Shown piece after piece: positions 27,950-38,380 of a stretch of 64,000 bases of DNA. The DNA lies in assembly GCA_044372405.1 (NCBI GenBank), contig JBILRW010000004.1:7171-71170 (forward strand), given 5' to 3'. Below the pieces are notes generated by a model, which had not been told where the DNA came from, ran no database searches, and saw only the letters and a program-made list of their open reading frames with translations. Made by a program: the position numbers and the translations under genes. This stretch comes from Alphaproteobacteria bacterium. GTDB taxonomy: Bacteria > Pseudomonadota > Alphaproteobacteria > JAJTHO01 > CANGYM01. How positions within the stretch are numbered: the first letter of the stretch is position 1; every line of letters starts with the position of its first letter.

Positions 27950-30900
27950 CTAACCCCCCGCCAAAACCAACGCCCGCGCTGTCCGCAGGTCCATTTTTCC
28001 TGTGGACAGCAGCGGGATGGTGTCGGTTTTCACCATGGCATCGGGGCGGGGCAGCCAGAGATTGGGCAGGCGGCCGGTTTTTTTCAGGGCCTCGTAAAGC
28101 GTTTCCGGGGTCAAGGTCTCACTGACAAACAGGACCCCCAGACGTTCGCCCTTGCTGGCATCGGGCAGGCTGACCACAACGGCCTGATGGTCCCCCAAAA
28201 CGGCGTGGATTTCTTCCTCGATTTTCCCATGGGGCACCATTTCGCCGCCCATTTTGCTGAATCGGCTCAGGCGGTCTGTGATGATCAAAAACCCATCGGG
28301 GTCCAGTTTTCCAATATCGCCCGTGTCATACCAACCGTCCTTCATGACAGAGGCCGTCCTGTCCGGATCATTGTAATAGCCCTGCATTTGGGAGGGACTT
28401 TTGATAAAAATCCGGCCTTCCTGATCGGGGGGCAAGATCGTATCGCTTTCCAGATCCAAAATCCGAACGCTGACGCCTGGGATGGGTTTGCCCACACTGC
28501 CCAGGCGGGTTCCTTTGTGCTGCAGGCCCCCGTGCTGAATATCCGGAACATTTACCGATACGACGGGGCCCAGCTCGGTGGTGCCATAGCCCTCTAAAAC
28601 ATGGGCCTGGGGCAACGCGGCCGCCAATTTTTCCGCCGTTTCGGCGGTGAGTTTTTCACCGCCCACAATGACCAGTTTCAGGCTGGCCAGCTCGCCTTCT
28701 TTGGCGGTGGTTGTGTAGGTGCGAACAAAGGTGGGGGTGGCCACAATCAGGCCGCATTTTTCTTTGTGAATCGTGCGCACCACGGTTTTGGCATCCAGGG
28801 GGTTGGGGTGATACACCACGCGCCGCCCCGTAATGGCCGGCAACCACAGGCACGCCGTTAAGCCAAAGGAATGGAAAAACGGCAAAATCCCCATCAGGGT
28901 TAATTCGGTTTTCGTTTCACTTTCTCCCTCCGCCTGTTCCAGCAAAACGCCGATGCTTTCGATGTTGGCGATGATGTTTTGGTGCGACAGGGCAACGGCC
29001 TTGGGCGTTCCCGTGCTGCCGCTGGAAAACAGCAGGACCGCTGTATCGTTTTTATGGCCGCGCACCCACAGAGATTTTAACAAAAACGTGGGAAACAACG
29101 CCACTTGCACCAAAGCTACGAGTTTTCCGACCTTGGAAAGGGTAGCCGGCATATCCTCAAGAAAAACCATGCGGTCATCGGGGGCGATGTTTGCCTTTTC
29201 AATAAAGGTCCTTGAGGTGATGATGGTGGTGGCGGAGAGGGTTTTTAGGGCCGTGGCCAGGGCCTCCGCCCCCAAAGAAAAGTTTAGATTCACGGCAACC
29301 TTGCCCTGCATCACCGCCGCGATATTCACCAAAGCCCCCCCCACCGTCGCGGGCAGTAAAATGGGAATGTTACCGCCGGAGGTATTTTTTTTCAGCCATA
29401 GCCCAATCAGCCGCGCCCCCACCAGGGCCCGAAAGCCGGTGCATTTTTTTCCCGTGGTATCGGAAAAAATCGTATCCCGAAAATGTCGCCGCATCTGGGT
29501 GACAAAACGTCCCCCCAGGGTGTCCTTATCAGCATAGCGCAGCGGGATGGCATCGGTGCCCAGCTCGGAAACGATATGTTCCAGTTCCCAGGCCTGGGTT
29601 TGCGCCGGCACAGCCTGTCCCACGGAAACCGTGACGGGATAGGGGATTTGTTTGGGCCATTTTTTGAAAAAACGGCGACCGGAAAAGCTGAAAATGCTGC
29701 CCCATAACCGCTCCAGATGGACCGGCAGGATGTCCACATCCATCCCGTCGACCAATTTTTCAACGCCGCGTTTAAAGGGATAGAGATGACCCGTGCGGCT
29801 GAGGACGCCTTCGGGAAAAATGCAGATAACACCCCCTTCGCGCAGGCGCTCCCGCGCTGTTTCCAGGCCCTGGCGTGTCTCCCCCACGGCCCCACTGCCA
29901 AAGGGAATGGCACCGGCCGCCGTTAAACAAAAACGGGTCAGGGGTTTTTTCCAGAACTTGGCCAAGACCAGAAAATGCACCCGCTTGGGCGCCATCATAC
30001 TGATCACCAGCCCATCAATAAACGTGACGTGATTGGCAATAATCACGGTGGGCCGCGTCAGGGGGGGGAATTTTCCCTTCTCCAGGCCTGGCCCCACCAA
30101 GGTGACCCGATAAATGCCGCGCATGACTGCGTAAAGAAGAGATTCCAGGGCATCCTGCAACAATTTGGGATAGGCCATAACGCCCAGCGCAAGCCCGAAC
30201 AGCACAATCACCCCACTGGCGGTAATCATGCCAGAGGCACTGAGGCCCACCTGGGTTCCCAAAAGCCAGAATAAGCCCGAGGCCAGCAAAACCCCCATCA
30301 TATCAAAAAAATTATTCACGGCCATAACCTGGCCCCGCTGATCATCGGGGGATTCCTTTTGCATCAGGGTCACCACCGGCACAATAAACAGCCCGGCCCC
30401 CAAACCCGCCAGCGTAATCCAAAACGCCGTATCCCAATATCCCGTGGCAAACAATCCGCACGCGATACAGGCCAGTCCCATAATCACCGCGCCCCAGACA
30501 ATCAGGGTTTTGCGAATGCTTTTGCCCAAAATATAACCGGCGGCGATGCTGCCAATTCCAATACCCACCGCCAGAAAGGAAAACAGCGATGCGGCCTTGG
30601 CATCACTCAACCCCAAATGGGTGGTGCCGAGCAAAATCAGGGACAGATAAATGAGTGCCCCCAGCATCCAATACACCGCGCTGCCGGATAAGGCCCCGAT
30701 TAAGCTCCGGCGTGTCTTCACAAGGGGCCACGCATGAACGATTTCCCCAAAGGGGTTGAGATCAAAGGGCTTACTGGGATTAAAAAGGGTCGTTGTGGGG
30801 GCAAACAAACACAAAACGGTGCCGATCACCGCCAGGGCCGTTAAAATCACCCCAATAATAATGGGGTTATGCTGAAAAACCTGCCACATCACACCGCCGG

Positions 30901-31381
30901 CCAAAGAGCCCGTGATAATGGCCACAAAGGTGAGCATATTCAGATACCCATTGGCTTTGGGCCAATCCTCGGGCTTCATCCATTCCGGCAAAATCCCGTA
31001 TTTTGACGGGCTGAAAAATGTTGCCTGAACCGCCGTAAAAAACAGCGTCATCATCAGCAAATCCATGCGATGGGGGGCCCATATAAAAATGACCAATGCC
31101 GCCCCCATGGCCACAATTTCAACGGCTTTGCTGAGTTTTAAGACACGGCTTTTCGGGTATCGATCCGTCAAATACCCCGCGTACCCCGAAAACAACACAA
31201 ACGGCAAAATGGACAGGGCGCTGATGACGGATAAATAGGTCTTTTGCTGATTGGGATCCGTGAACATGGCCACAGAGGCCAGGGACAACACCAGCTTAAA
31301 GGCATTATCATTAAACGCCCCCAAAAACTGGGCCGCCAGAAAACACAAAAAACGCGGGTGAAACGGATGGATTTTGATCAT
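27950..31381 (-). CDS. aas: tri-domain fusion: MFS lysophospholipid transporter (LplT-like) + 2-acyl-GPE acyltransferase (PlsC fold) + acyl-ACP synthetase (Aas)
   Basis: 1143 aa; N-terminal ~400 aa with 12 TM (MFS); middle HxxxxD acyltransferase motif ANHVTFIDG with FPEG; C-terminal AMP-binding domain (SSGSTGTPKAV, YGTTE, TGDIGKLD). Confidence 0.8.
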   Translation of the reverse strand: MIKIHPFHPRFLCFLAAQFLGAFNDNAFKLVLSLASVAMFTDPNQQKTYLSVISALSILPFVLFSGYAGYLTDRYPKSRVLKLSKAVEIVAMGAALVIFIWAPHRMDLLMMTLFFTAVQATFFSPSKYGILPEWMKPEDWPKANGYLNMLTFVAIITGSLAGGVMWQVFQHNPIIIGVILTALAVIGTVLCLFAPTTTLFNPSKPFDLNPFGEIVHAWPLVKTRRSLIGALSGSAVYWMLGALIYLSLILLGTTHLGLSDAKAASLFSFLAVGIGIGSIAAGYILGKSIRKTLIVWGAVIMGLACIACGLFATGYWDTAFWITLAGLGAGLFIVPVVTLMQKESPDDQRGQVMAVNNFFDMMGVLLASGLFWLLGTQVGLSASGMITASGVIVLFGLALGVMAYPKLLQDALESLLYAVMRGIYRVTLVGPGLEKGKFPPLTRPTVIIANHVTFIDGLVISMMAPKRVHFLVLAKFWKKPLTRFCLTAAGAIPFGSGAVGETRQGLETARERLREGGVICIFPEGVLSRTGHLYPFKRGVEKLVDGMDVDILPVHLERLWGSIFSFSGRRFFKKWPKQIPYPVTVSVGQAVPAQTQAWELEHIVSELGTDAIPLRYADKDTLGGRFVTQMRRHFRDTIFSDTTGKKCTGFRALVGARLIGLWLKKNTSGGNIPILLPATVGGALVNIAAVMQGKVAVNLNFSLGAEALATALKTLSATTIITSRTFIEKANIAPDDRMVFLEDMPATLSKVGKLVALVQVALFPTFLLKSLWVRGHKNDTAVLLFSSGSTGTPKAVALSHQNIIANIESIGVLLEQAEGESETKTELTLMGILPFFHSFGLTACLWLPAITGRRVVYHPNPLDAKTVVRTIHKEKCGLIVATPTFVRTYTTTAKEGELASLKLVIVGGEKLTAETAEKLAAALPQAHVLEGYGTTELGPVVSVNVPDIQHGGLQHKGTRLGSVGKPIPGVSVRILDLESDTILPPDQEGRIFIKSPSQMQGYYNDPDRTASVMKDGWYDTGDIGKLDPDGFLIITDRLSRFSKMGGEMVPHGKIEEEIHAVLGDHQAVVVSLPDASKGERLGVLFVSETLTPETLYEALKKTGRLPNLWLPRPDAMVKTDTIPLLSTGKMDLRTARALVLAGG

Positions 31382-31399
31382 GAAGCGTCCTGAAAACGG

Positions 31400-32011
31400 T
31401 TAAGCGCTAAGGCGCACAAAGAGAAATTTTGTGTATTCTCTGATGGGGCCCCACCAGGCGTTGGGGTCTTTCCAACGACCCTCTTGAAATAACGGCTCAA
31501 TCAACAGGGGATGGGGGGTGATGATGCGATCCGGCAGGGCCTTTTTAAATAAAATCATGGCCCGGGGCAAATGGAGATCATCCGTCACCAAAATCAGATG
31601 ATTGATTTTCTGGTTACGCACCCACGCCGCCGTTTGTTCGGCATTTTGAACCGTATTACGGGCCACACTGTCAAAAATGACACAACAGGCCATTTTGGCC
31701 GCCGGAATTTTCCCCCGTTCAATCAATTCTGTTTTTTTAACATCCGGGTGAACGCCGGAAACATAAAAAAAGCGGGCGTGGCCCTCTTGGAACAACCGCA
31801 GCCCCTCATCAATGCGCCCCTGACGACCGGTTAAAACAACGATGGCATCGGCAGAGGCTGTGGGTAACGTCCGATCCGTGGGCAGGGTTTGCATAAACAC
31901 AAAAAACCCCAGGGTGTAGAGCAACACCACGACATTAAAAAGAGAGGAGAGAATAAAAAACATGGCTGCAAAGCGCGTGTGAGAAACTGCTTTTCCAAAA
32001 ACGAGAGGCAT
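31400..32011 (-). CDS. YdcF/ElyC-like DUF218 protein
   Basis: 203 aa from MPLVFGK; AIVVLTGRQGRIDEGLRLF...VSGVHPDV pattern of the DUF218 family; the longer ORF start (32167) is translated repeat. Confidence 0.55.
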   Translation of the reverse strand: MPLVFGKAVSHTRFAAMFFILSSLFNVVVLLYTLGFFVFMQTLPTDRTLPTASADAIVVLTGRQGRIDEGLRLFQEGHARFFYVSGVHPDVKKTELIERGKIPAAKMACCVIFDSVARNTVQNAEQTAAWVRNQKINHLILVTDDLHLPRAMILFKKALPDRIITPHPLLIEPLFQEGRWKDPNAWWGPIREYTKFLFVRLSA

Positions 32012-32060
32012 ACTAGCACAGGGGGCCTGCAAAAAGAATGTGAAAGTTTTTGGCAGGTGG

Positions 32061-32180
32061 GGATCTAAAACCCTCAATTTTTCGTCATTGCGAGCCTCCG
32101 TAGGAGGCGTGGCAATCCAGGATTTCGGGAGCTGTAGCTTTTCTGGATTGCTTCGCTGCGTTCGCAAAGACGGTTTAAGA
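32061..32180. repeat. type-1 palindromic element, copy 6
   Basis: ccctcaatttttcgtcattgcgagcctccgtaggaggcgtggcaatccag...ctggattgcttcgctgcgttcgcaaagacgg. Confidence 0.85.
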
Positions 32181-32287
32181 GTTGTCTTAAAAAAAACCTT
32201 TAAAAAAACGATGCCTTCTTAAGGTTTATGGTCTAGAATGCCCCCACAACAGAAACAATGAATGTTTTTTTTAAGGAGACCTACGGC

Positions 32288-34081
32288 ATGACCACTTCTG
32301 CCTCTAACGAATCTAAGAATCCTGATCCCGCGATTCCCTTTGTATCCCCCGCTGCCATGGCGGATGTGATGAAAAGGGCCCAGGAGGTTGCCGCCGATTT
32401 TCTGGCGCGTCACGCCGGCACGCAATCCAATGACATGTCCCATTTGTTGGAGGCCTTTGGGGCCTTTTACGGCAAGATTCTCAGCAATCCATTGTACCTG
32501 TATCAATCCCAGATTGATTTTTGGAAAAACTATTTTACGCTTTGGCAACGCACCAGCGAGCGCATGCTGGGCGCCGCTGAATCCACCGATCCCGTGGCCG
32601 TGCCTGAGGCGGGGGATAGACGTTTCTCTGATCCTTTATGGCAAGAAAACGCGGTGTTTGATTTTATTAAACAGACGTATTTGCTCACCTCTCACTGGGT
32701 CAATGGCTTGGTGAAAAATGTTGAGGGGCTGGATGACAAAACGTCTCAAAAAATTGCCTTTTATACCAAGCAACTGGTGGATGCGGCCTCGCCCACCAAC
32801 TTTGCCATGACCAACCCGGCGGTGCTGCGGGAAACCTTGGCGACCGGCGGGGAAAATTTACTGAAGGGGTTTCAAAACCTGCTGGCGGATTTGGAACGCG
32901 GTGAGGGTCAACTGGCCATTAGCATGACCGATTATAACGCCTTTGAGGTCGGTAAAAATCTGGCCACCACCCCGGGTAAGGTTGTGTTTGAGAGCCCCCT
33001 GTTCCAATTGATTCAATACGCCCCCAGCACAAAGACTGTCTTTAAAAACCCGCTGCTCATTATGCCGCCCTGGATCAATAAATTTTATATTTTGGATCTT
33101 CAGGCCAAAAATTCCTTTATCAAATGGGCTGTGGATCAGGGGCATACCGTGTTTATCATGTCCTGGGCCAATCCCGGGCCGGATTTGGTGGATACAACCT
33201 TTGAAGATTACATGATGGCGGGTTATACGGCGTTAAAACAAATTGAAACCCTCACCGGGAACCCGTCTGTTAATGTCATCGGGTACTGTATTGGTGGCAC
33301 GGCCTTGGCCGCACTGCTGGCGTGGTTGCAGGCGAAGAAAGAGGAAAAACGCGTGGCCTCCGCGACGTTTTTCACCACACTGATGGATTTTTCAGAGCCT
33401 GGCGATTTGGGTGTCTTTATTGACGAACAGCAAGTTTCCGCTCTGGAAAAGAAAATGGCCGCCAGCGGTGGGTATCTTGAGGGCCGCGATATGGCCACCA
33501 CCTTTAACCTGCTGCGCTCCAACGATCTGATTTGGTCCTTTGTGGTCAATAACTATATGATGGGCAAGGATCCCTTCCCCTTTGATCTGCTGTACTGGAA
33601 TTCTGATTCCACCCGCTTGCCGGGGAAAATGCACAGCTTTTACCTGCGCACCATGTATATGCAAAACAAGCTGATTGAAAAAAATGGCATCACGCTGGCC
33701 GGTGTGCCCATTGATTTACGCACCATCAAAACCCCCAGTTATTGGGTGTCCACCCGTGAAGATCACATTGCCCCCTGGCGAGCGACCTATACCACCACGC
33801 AGTTGTTTGCGGGGGAAAAGACCTTTTTGCTAGCAGGTTCCGGTCACATTGCGGGCATTATCAACCCCCCAGAAAAAAACAAATACGGCTATTGGCTGAA
33901 CAAGGCCCTGCCCCCCCGTCCCGAAGATTGGCTGAAAAACGCCGTTGAATCCAAGGGATCCTGGTGGCCCCAGTGGCAAAAATGGGCGGCGGAAAAAGGC
34001 GGCGAACAGATCCCGGCCCCCGCTTTACCGGCCAAGGGTGAGCCTGCCCCCGGACGGTATGTTACTGTGCGGTATGGTTGA
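32288..34081 (+). CDS. phaC: class I poly(R)-hydroxyalkanoate synthase
   Basis: ~598 aa; lipase-box GYCIGG with catalytic Cys, alpha/beta hydrolase core; N-terminal PhaC-N domain. Confidence 0.9.
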   Translation: MTTSASNESKNPDPAIPFVSPAAMADVMKRAQEVAADFLARHAGTQSNDMSHLLEAFGAFYGKILSNPLYLYQSQIDFWKNYFTLWQRTSERMLGAAESTDPVAVPEAGDRRFSDPLWQENAVFDFIKQTYLLTSHWVNGLVKNVEGLDDKTSQKIAFYTKQLVDAASPTNFAMTNPAVLRETLATGGENLLKGFQNLLADLERGEGQLAISMTDYNAFEVGKNLATTPGKVVFESPLFQLIQYAPSTKTVFKNPLLIMPPWINKFYILDLQAKNSFIKWAVDQGHTVFIMSWANPGPDLVDTTFEDYMMAGYTALKQIETLTGNPSVNVIGYCIGGTALAALLAWLQAKKEEKRVASATFFTTLMDFSEPGDLGVFIDEQQVSALEKKMAASGGYLEGRDMATTFNLLRSNDLIWSFVVNNYMMGKDPFPFDLLYWNSDSTRLPGKMHSFYLRTMYMQNKLIEKNGITLAGVPIDLRTIKTPSYWVSTREDHIAPWRATYTTTQLFAGEKTFLLAGSGHIAGIINPPEKNKYGYWLNKALPPRPEDWLKNAVESKGSWWPQWQKWAAEKGGEQIPAPALPAKGEPAPGRYVTVRYG

Positions 34082-34097
34082 GGAAGCAGGCGTTTCT

Positions 34098-35276
34098 CTA
34101 ACGGATAATGCCTTCTTGGTTGTGGTTGAGGGCAACACCAAACTCTGGGGCAAACCAGGGGGTTAACCCAAACAACTCCTCGTTTTGCTGTTTTTGTCTT
34201 TCCTGATAGTTTCTAAGACAGGTTTGTGAGGTTTGGGCCATGCTTTCTAAAATGGCGCGGCGTGTTGTTTCTGGTTGTAATATCTGAAGGCTGCCCCCCT
34301 CGGTTGCGGTCACTATGACCTTTATTTTGCTATCATCCAGAAAGGCGTTTAGCCCCCGTCCCCCTGGAAGAAGCAGATTAATCGTTCCTGACTCATCCAC
34401 CGTTAAGGAATCATCGCCTGCTTGACAGGATCCCCCCAGTTCATTAAGGTTACGAACTGTTGTATTGTAGAGATCTTTATTGCCTGTGGTGATATTGGCA
34501 AGAAGCATAATACCACCAGCAATCCCACAAGCAGTAAAAAAAGCCTGATTGTTTTCTGAAGTAAGTTTAGACCTGATCGCGCTCCTGTCCTGATCATACG
34601 CCCCCAGGGGATACGTTTCACCCATGGTTTGTTTGAGATGCTTCAGTAATAAACCCAGTTTATCATCGGTCTTGGGGTATCTGTCAAATATTCCCCCAAC
34701 GATATTGCGGGGCCAAAGCGAAAGCTGTTGGCCTTCAGAGGAAAATGCGTTGTGCCGTATCCTTGAGATAAAGAAATCCCGGAATGGGTGGTTTTCCCCC
34801 ATAGCCTTTTTCAGGTCATCAAAAAATCGTTCTACTTTCGTTCCTTCACCGTTTTTAGGGTATCGTTCTTCTATGAGCTTGGTAAGAGCTATCTGAAAAG
34901 TGACTATGTTTTCTTCTGAAAAAGGCTCGGTCATTTCAGAGATAGAATCATCGTTAAGCAACGTAGAAATAGCCTTCAGAGTATCGTCCCTTTGCCTGCC
35001 GGTCAACGCAGGGGAACCGATATACAAGCATAGGTTATCCACTTCAAATGCAGAAGAGCCAATATCAGTATGAGCAAAACCAAGACCAAAACTATGGTTG
35101 ATAGTATGACATGCAAGCAGATTATTCAGGGCTTCTGCCAAGGCTTCTCTTTGCTCATCAGGAAGGTTACGTATATGGTTGACCAATACATCAGCCTCTT
35201 GTGAGCTTCCTACTCTTTGCCTAATCTCTAAAAATTTGGGAAGCACTGAAAAAATGTCGTTAGGAATGCCCTTCAT
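34098..35276 (-). CDS. hypothetical protein (AT-rich orphan, 392 aa, no recognisable domain)
   Basis: long uninterrupted ORF with composition clearly lower in GC than neighbours; sits between phaC and tRNA-Ala; soluble, no signal peptide. Confidence 0.55.
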   Translation of the reverse strand: MKGIPNDIFSVLPKFLEIRQRVGSSQEADVLVNHIRNLPDEQREALAEALNNLLACHTINHSFGLGFAHTDIGSSAFEVDNLCLYIGSPALTGRQRDDTLKAISTLLNDDSISEMTEPFSEENIVTFQIALTKLIEERYPKNGEGTKVERFFDDLKKAMGENHPFRDFFISRIRHNAFSSEGQQLSLWPRNIVGGIFDRYPKTDDKLGLLLKHLKQTMGETYPLGAYDQDRSAIRSKLTSENNQAFFTACGIAGGIMLLANITTGNKDLYNTTVRNLNELGGSCQAGDDSLTVDESGTINLLLPGGRGLNAFLDDSKIKVIVTATEGGSLQILQPETTRRAILESMAQTSQTCLRNYQERQKQQNEELFGLTPWFAPEFGVALNHNQEGIIR

Positions 35277-35515
35277 AAAAATACCCTGCTAAAAATTAAA
35301 GTCTGTTCCCCAACATACAAACGTTTCCGGAGGAAAGATGTGACGGATGTCACATCTGGGAGGGATTTTTACGATTTTTTTCTTCCTTTCGGGAGGGGGG
35401 ATATTGGTTCAGGCGATGGGATCGGAAACGGGTCCCAAAGTCAGGCACACCCCGAAAAAATTTCCCAAAGCCCCCCTTGCATCCGGGGGACGTTTTTGCT
35501 AAAGCTATGGGCAAT

Positions 35516-35591
35516 GGGGGTGTAGCTCAGCTGGGAGAGCGCCTGCTTTGCACGCAGGAGGTCATCGGTTCAATCCCGTTCACCTCCACCA
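35516..35591 (+). tRNA. tRNA-Ala (anticodon TGC)
   Basis: GGGGGTGTAGCTCAGCTGGGAGAGCGCCTGCTTTGCACGCAGGAGGTCATCGGTTCAATCCCGTTCACCTCCACCA with G3:U70 identity pair and encoded CCA. Confidence 0.9.
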
Positions 35592-35997
35592 TATTTTTTT
35601 AGGACGCCTGGAAAAACCTGAACTTTTCGTCAAAAATTTCCTGACCTTATCACCCTACGAAATGGAAAATCTCTGGTACAAATGCTGATTTTCTCGTCAT
35701 GCTGCGCATCGTCGTAGCATCCAGGTGGATTCGCCACTGACGTGCGGATGACGATTAGAAATGAACAGCCCTGGCGCCCCCAATGGAAAACCTTGCAACA
35801 CGCGGGACCCTTTGATATACCTGTCGCATCTGAAGAGTATCGCTGGCTGCGCGTTCGCCTTAGCCTTATTTGTGTACATTTCGTACACGGCACTCGGCTG
35901 CGGCGATGCTCGCCTACCGATACTCTCCATCTGCAATAGGTATAGCCTCAGGCTCTACTGTGACAAAGATCCCTGCACCGTTCATAAAAATCAAAAA

Positions 35998-36699
35998 ATG
36001 CCCGACTTTTCCCCCGATTTTTTATTCTTTCATGCGCCCGCCTTAATGAAGGGGGCCATGACCACGATACAGTTGGGGGTGTTGTCCTTTGGGCTTAGTT
36101 TGATGCTGGGGCTGGTTTGGGCCATGATCCGCCTGTACGGCGCGCCTGTGTTTGCCAAACCCGCGCGTGCGTTGGCGTTGTTTTTTCGCGGTATGCCGGA
36201 ACTTTTGATCATCCTGGTTATTTATTACCTGCATGGTCCTGTTTTGGATTTTGTGACATGGGGACGGGTGGATCAATTATCGCCCTTTACCTCGGGCGTT
36301 TTGGCCCTTTCTTTGTGTTATGGCGCCTATGCCAGTGAGGTGATTCGTTACGCCCTTTTAACCATCCCCATTCACCAGATCGAAGCCGCAGACGCCTTTG
36401 CGCTGTCGCCAGAGCGTCGCTTTATCCGGATTGTTTTGCCCCAGGCAACCTTTCGATCGTTAAAGGGTCTCACCAATCTTTTTTTATCCTTGATGAAGGA
36501 CACAGCCCTGCTTTCCGTCATCAGTGTGCCTGAATTGATTCGCATGACCCACCTCAGCATTGCCTCGGCCAAGCATCCGTTTACCTTTTATATGCTGGCG
36601 GCGCTTTTATACTTGCTCATGACGTCCTTTGTCCTGATTGTTATGGGTATTTTGGATCGTGTTTATTTTTACCGCTTTGTGGATGAGGAACGACGTTAA
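35998..36699 (+). CDS. polar amino-acid ABC transporter permease (HisM/ArtQ family)
   Basis: EAA-like loop region and 5 TM segments typical of His/Gln/Arg/opine family; no cognate ATPase or binding-protein gene adjacent. Confidence 0.7.
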   Translation: MPDFSPDFLFFHAPALMKGAMTTIQLGVLSFGLSLMLGLVWAMIRLYGAPVFAKPARALALFFRGMPELLIILVIYYLHGPVLDFVTWGRVDQLSPFTSGVLALSLCYGAYASEVIRYALLTIPIHQIEAADAFALSPERRFIRIVLPQATFRSLKGLTNLFLSLMKDTALLSVISVPELIRMTHLSIASAKHPFTFYMLAALLYLLMTSFVLIVMGILDRVYFYRFVDEERR

Positions 36700-37841
36700 T
36701 GCTGCACCCAGAAACCCGCCTGACCCATTTGGCCCGGGATTCCCGTCGTTTTGATGGGGCGGTGAATTTGCCCGTGATGCGGGCCTCGACGGTTTTGTTT
36801 GATGACACCGAGCATTTAAAAGCCACAGAAAAAACATGGCACCAAAAACCGTACTATGGCCGTCACGGCCTGACCCCCACCTTTGCCTTTGAAGACGCCG
36901 TGGCCAGCTTGGAAAAGGGATACAGAGGCATTGCCGTAGAATCCGGACTGGCGGCCTTAACGTGCGCGTTTTCAGCCTTTTTAAAAAGTGGGGATCATGT
37001 TTTGATTCACGATGCGGCCTATGGTCCTGTGCGCCATTACTGCGATGATGTGCTGCAGCGTTTTGGGATTGAGGTGAGCTATTATTCCCCCCAAAATCCT
37101 ATCGCTCCCCTGATTCAGCCCAACACGCGGGTGCTGCATTTAGAGGCCCCCGGGTCCATTACCTTTGAAATGCAGGACATTCCGGCCCTTTGCGCCCTGG
37201 CACGAGAAAACAATATCATAACGCTGATGGATAATACCTGGGCGACACCCCTTTATTTCCAAGCCTGCGCCGCCGGTGTGGATGTTGTGATTCATGCGGC
37301 CACGAAATATTTTGTGGGGCACTCCGATGCCATGCTGGGCGTGATTGTGGCCAGGGATGAATCCCTGTATCACTCCCTAAAAACCAACGCCGCCCGCCAT
37401 GGCCATCACGCCGCGCCGGATGATATTTTTTTGGCCCTGCGCGGGATGCGCACCCTGGCCGTTCGGTTGGCCCGTCACCAGGAAACAGCCCGATTGCTGA
37501 TGGATTATTTGGCGGATCATCCGGCGGTGATACGGATTTTATCCCCCGCCCATCCCAGCCATGGGGGTCACAACCTGTGGAAACGGGATTTTTCCGGCGC
37601 CAGCGGCCTTTTTTCCTGTGTCGTTAACATGACCTACGAAGACCTTTGTGCCGCAGTCAACCGTCTGACCCTTTTTGGCCTGGGCTATAGCTGGGGGGGA
37701 TTTGAATCCCTGGCCGTCCCGTTTGATATGCGCCGCGCACGCACCGCCCTTGCCTGGACAGAGGGCCCTGTCCTGCGGCTTCATGCGGGCCTGGAACATC
37801 CGGATGATTTGATTGCGGATCTGAAAAACGCTTTGTCGTGA
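36699..37841 (+). CDS. metC: cystathionine beta-lyase or related Cys/Met-metabolism PLP enzyme
   Basis: 380 aa; PLP-lysine region ATKYFVGHSDAMLG, fold-type I trans-sulfuration family; ATG overlaps permease stop (TAATG). Confidence 0.75.
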   Translation: MLHPETRLTHLARDSRRFDGAVNLPVMRASTVLFDDTEHLKATEKTWHQKPYYGRHGLTPTFAFEDAVASLEKGYRGIAVESGLAALTCAFSAFLKSGDHVLIHDAAYGPVRHYCDDVLQRFGIEVSYYSPQNPIAPLIQPNTRVLHLEAPGSITFEMQDIPALCALARENNIITLMDNTWATPLYFQACAAGVDVVIHAATKYFVGHSDAMLGVIVARDESLYHSLKTNAARHGHHAAPDDIFLALRGMRTLAVRLARHQETARLLMDYLADHPAVIRILSPAHPSHGGHNLWKRDFSGASGLFSCVVNMTYEDLCAAVNRLTLFGLGYSWGGFESLAVPFDMRRARTALAWTEGPVLRLHAGLEHPDDLIADLKNALS

Positions 37842-37873
37842 TTTTAGGGCGTGTTCATAATCTCGCTTGGGCG

Positions 37874-38197
37874 GAAAAGGCGGGGCGGGGCAGCAGGATT
37901 TGTCCACCGGGTCAAGGGCGAGACGCCAAAAAAGTTGCGTAGCAAAGCCGCGCAGCGGCGGTCTTTTTTGGTGCGAGGCGAAGCGAACCCTTGAGGCGGT
38001 GGGCAAATTCTGCTGGGTGGGAGCCTTTTCCTTGTGGGCCGAACGCGGCTCCCGCCCCCACATTCAGGTAACAGGTTGCAGGTAACAGGTAACCCAGCCC
38101 TCTAGGGCTTGTTATTTCGCTGGTACGTCTTGTTCCACTCTTTTTTCCTGTTACCTGTTACCTGCAACCTGTTACCTGATTCACCCCGCCGCGTTTT
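37874..38197. repeat. ~325-bp composite element copy B
   Basis: ~90 percent identical to 16930-17257 including heptad hairpin arms 38065-38093 and 38147-38178. Confidence 0.85.
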
Positions 38198-38380
38198 CCA
38201 TAAAATCGCTTTTGGCTGAACCTTCCTTTGCCAGCAAGGGATTATGAGATTATGAACACAGGCTCTTAGGGCACCTCACCCCTTGGCCCATTTTTTGCAC
38301 CACCCTACCCGAACACCCCTCTTTACCCTTTATCAACCAAAGGGGGCGTACACTGATCAACACATAGTCATGGTGAAGCG

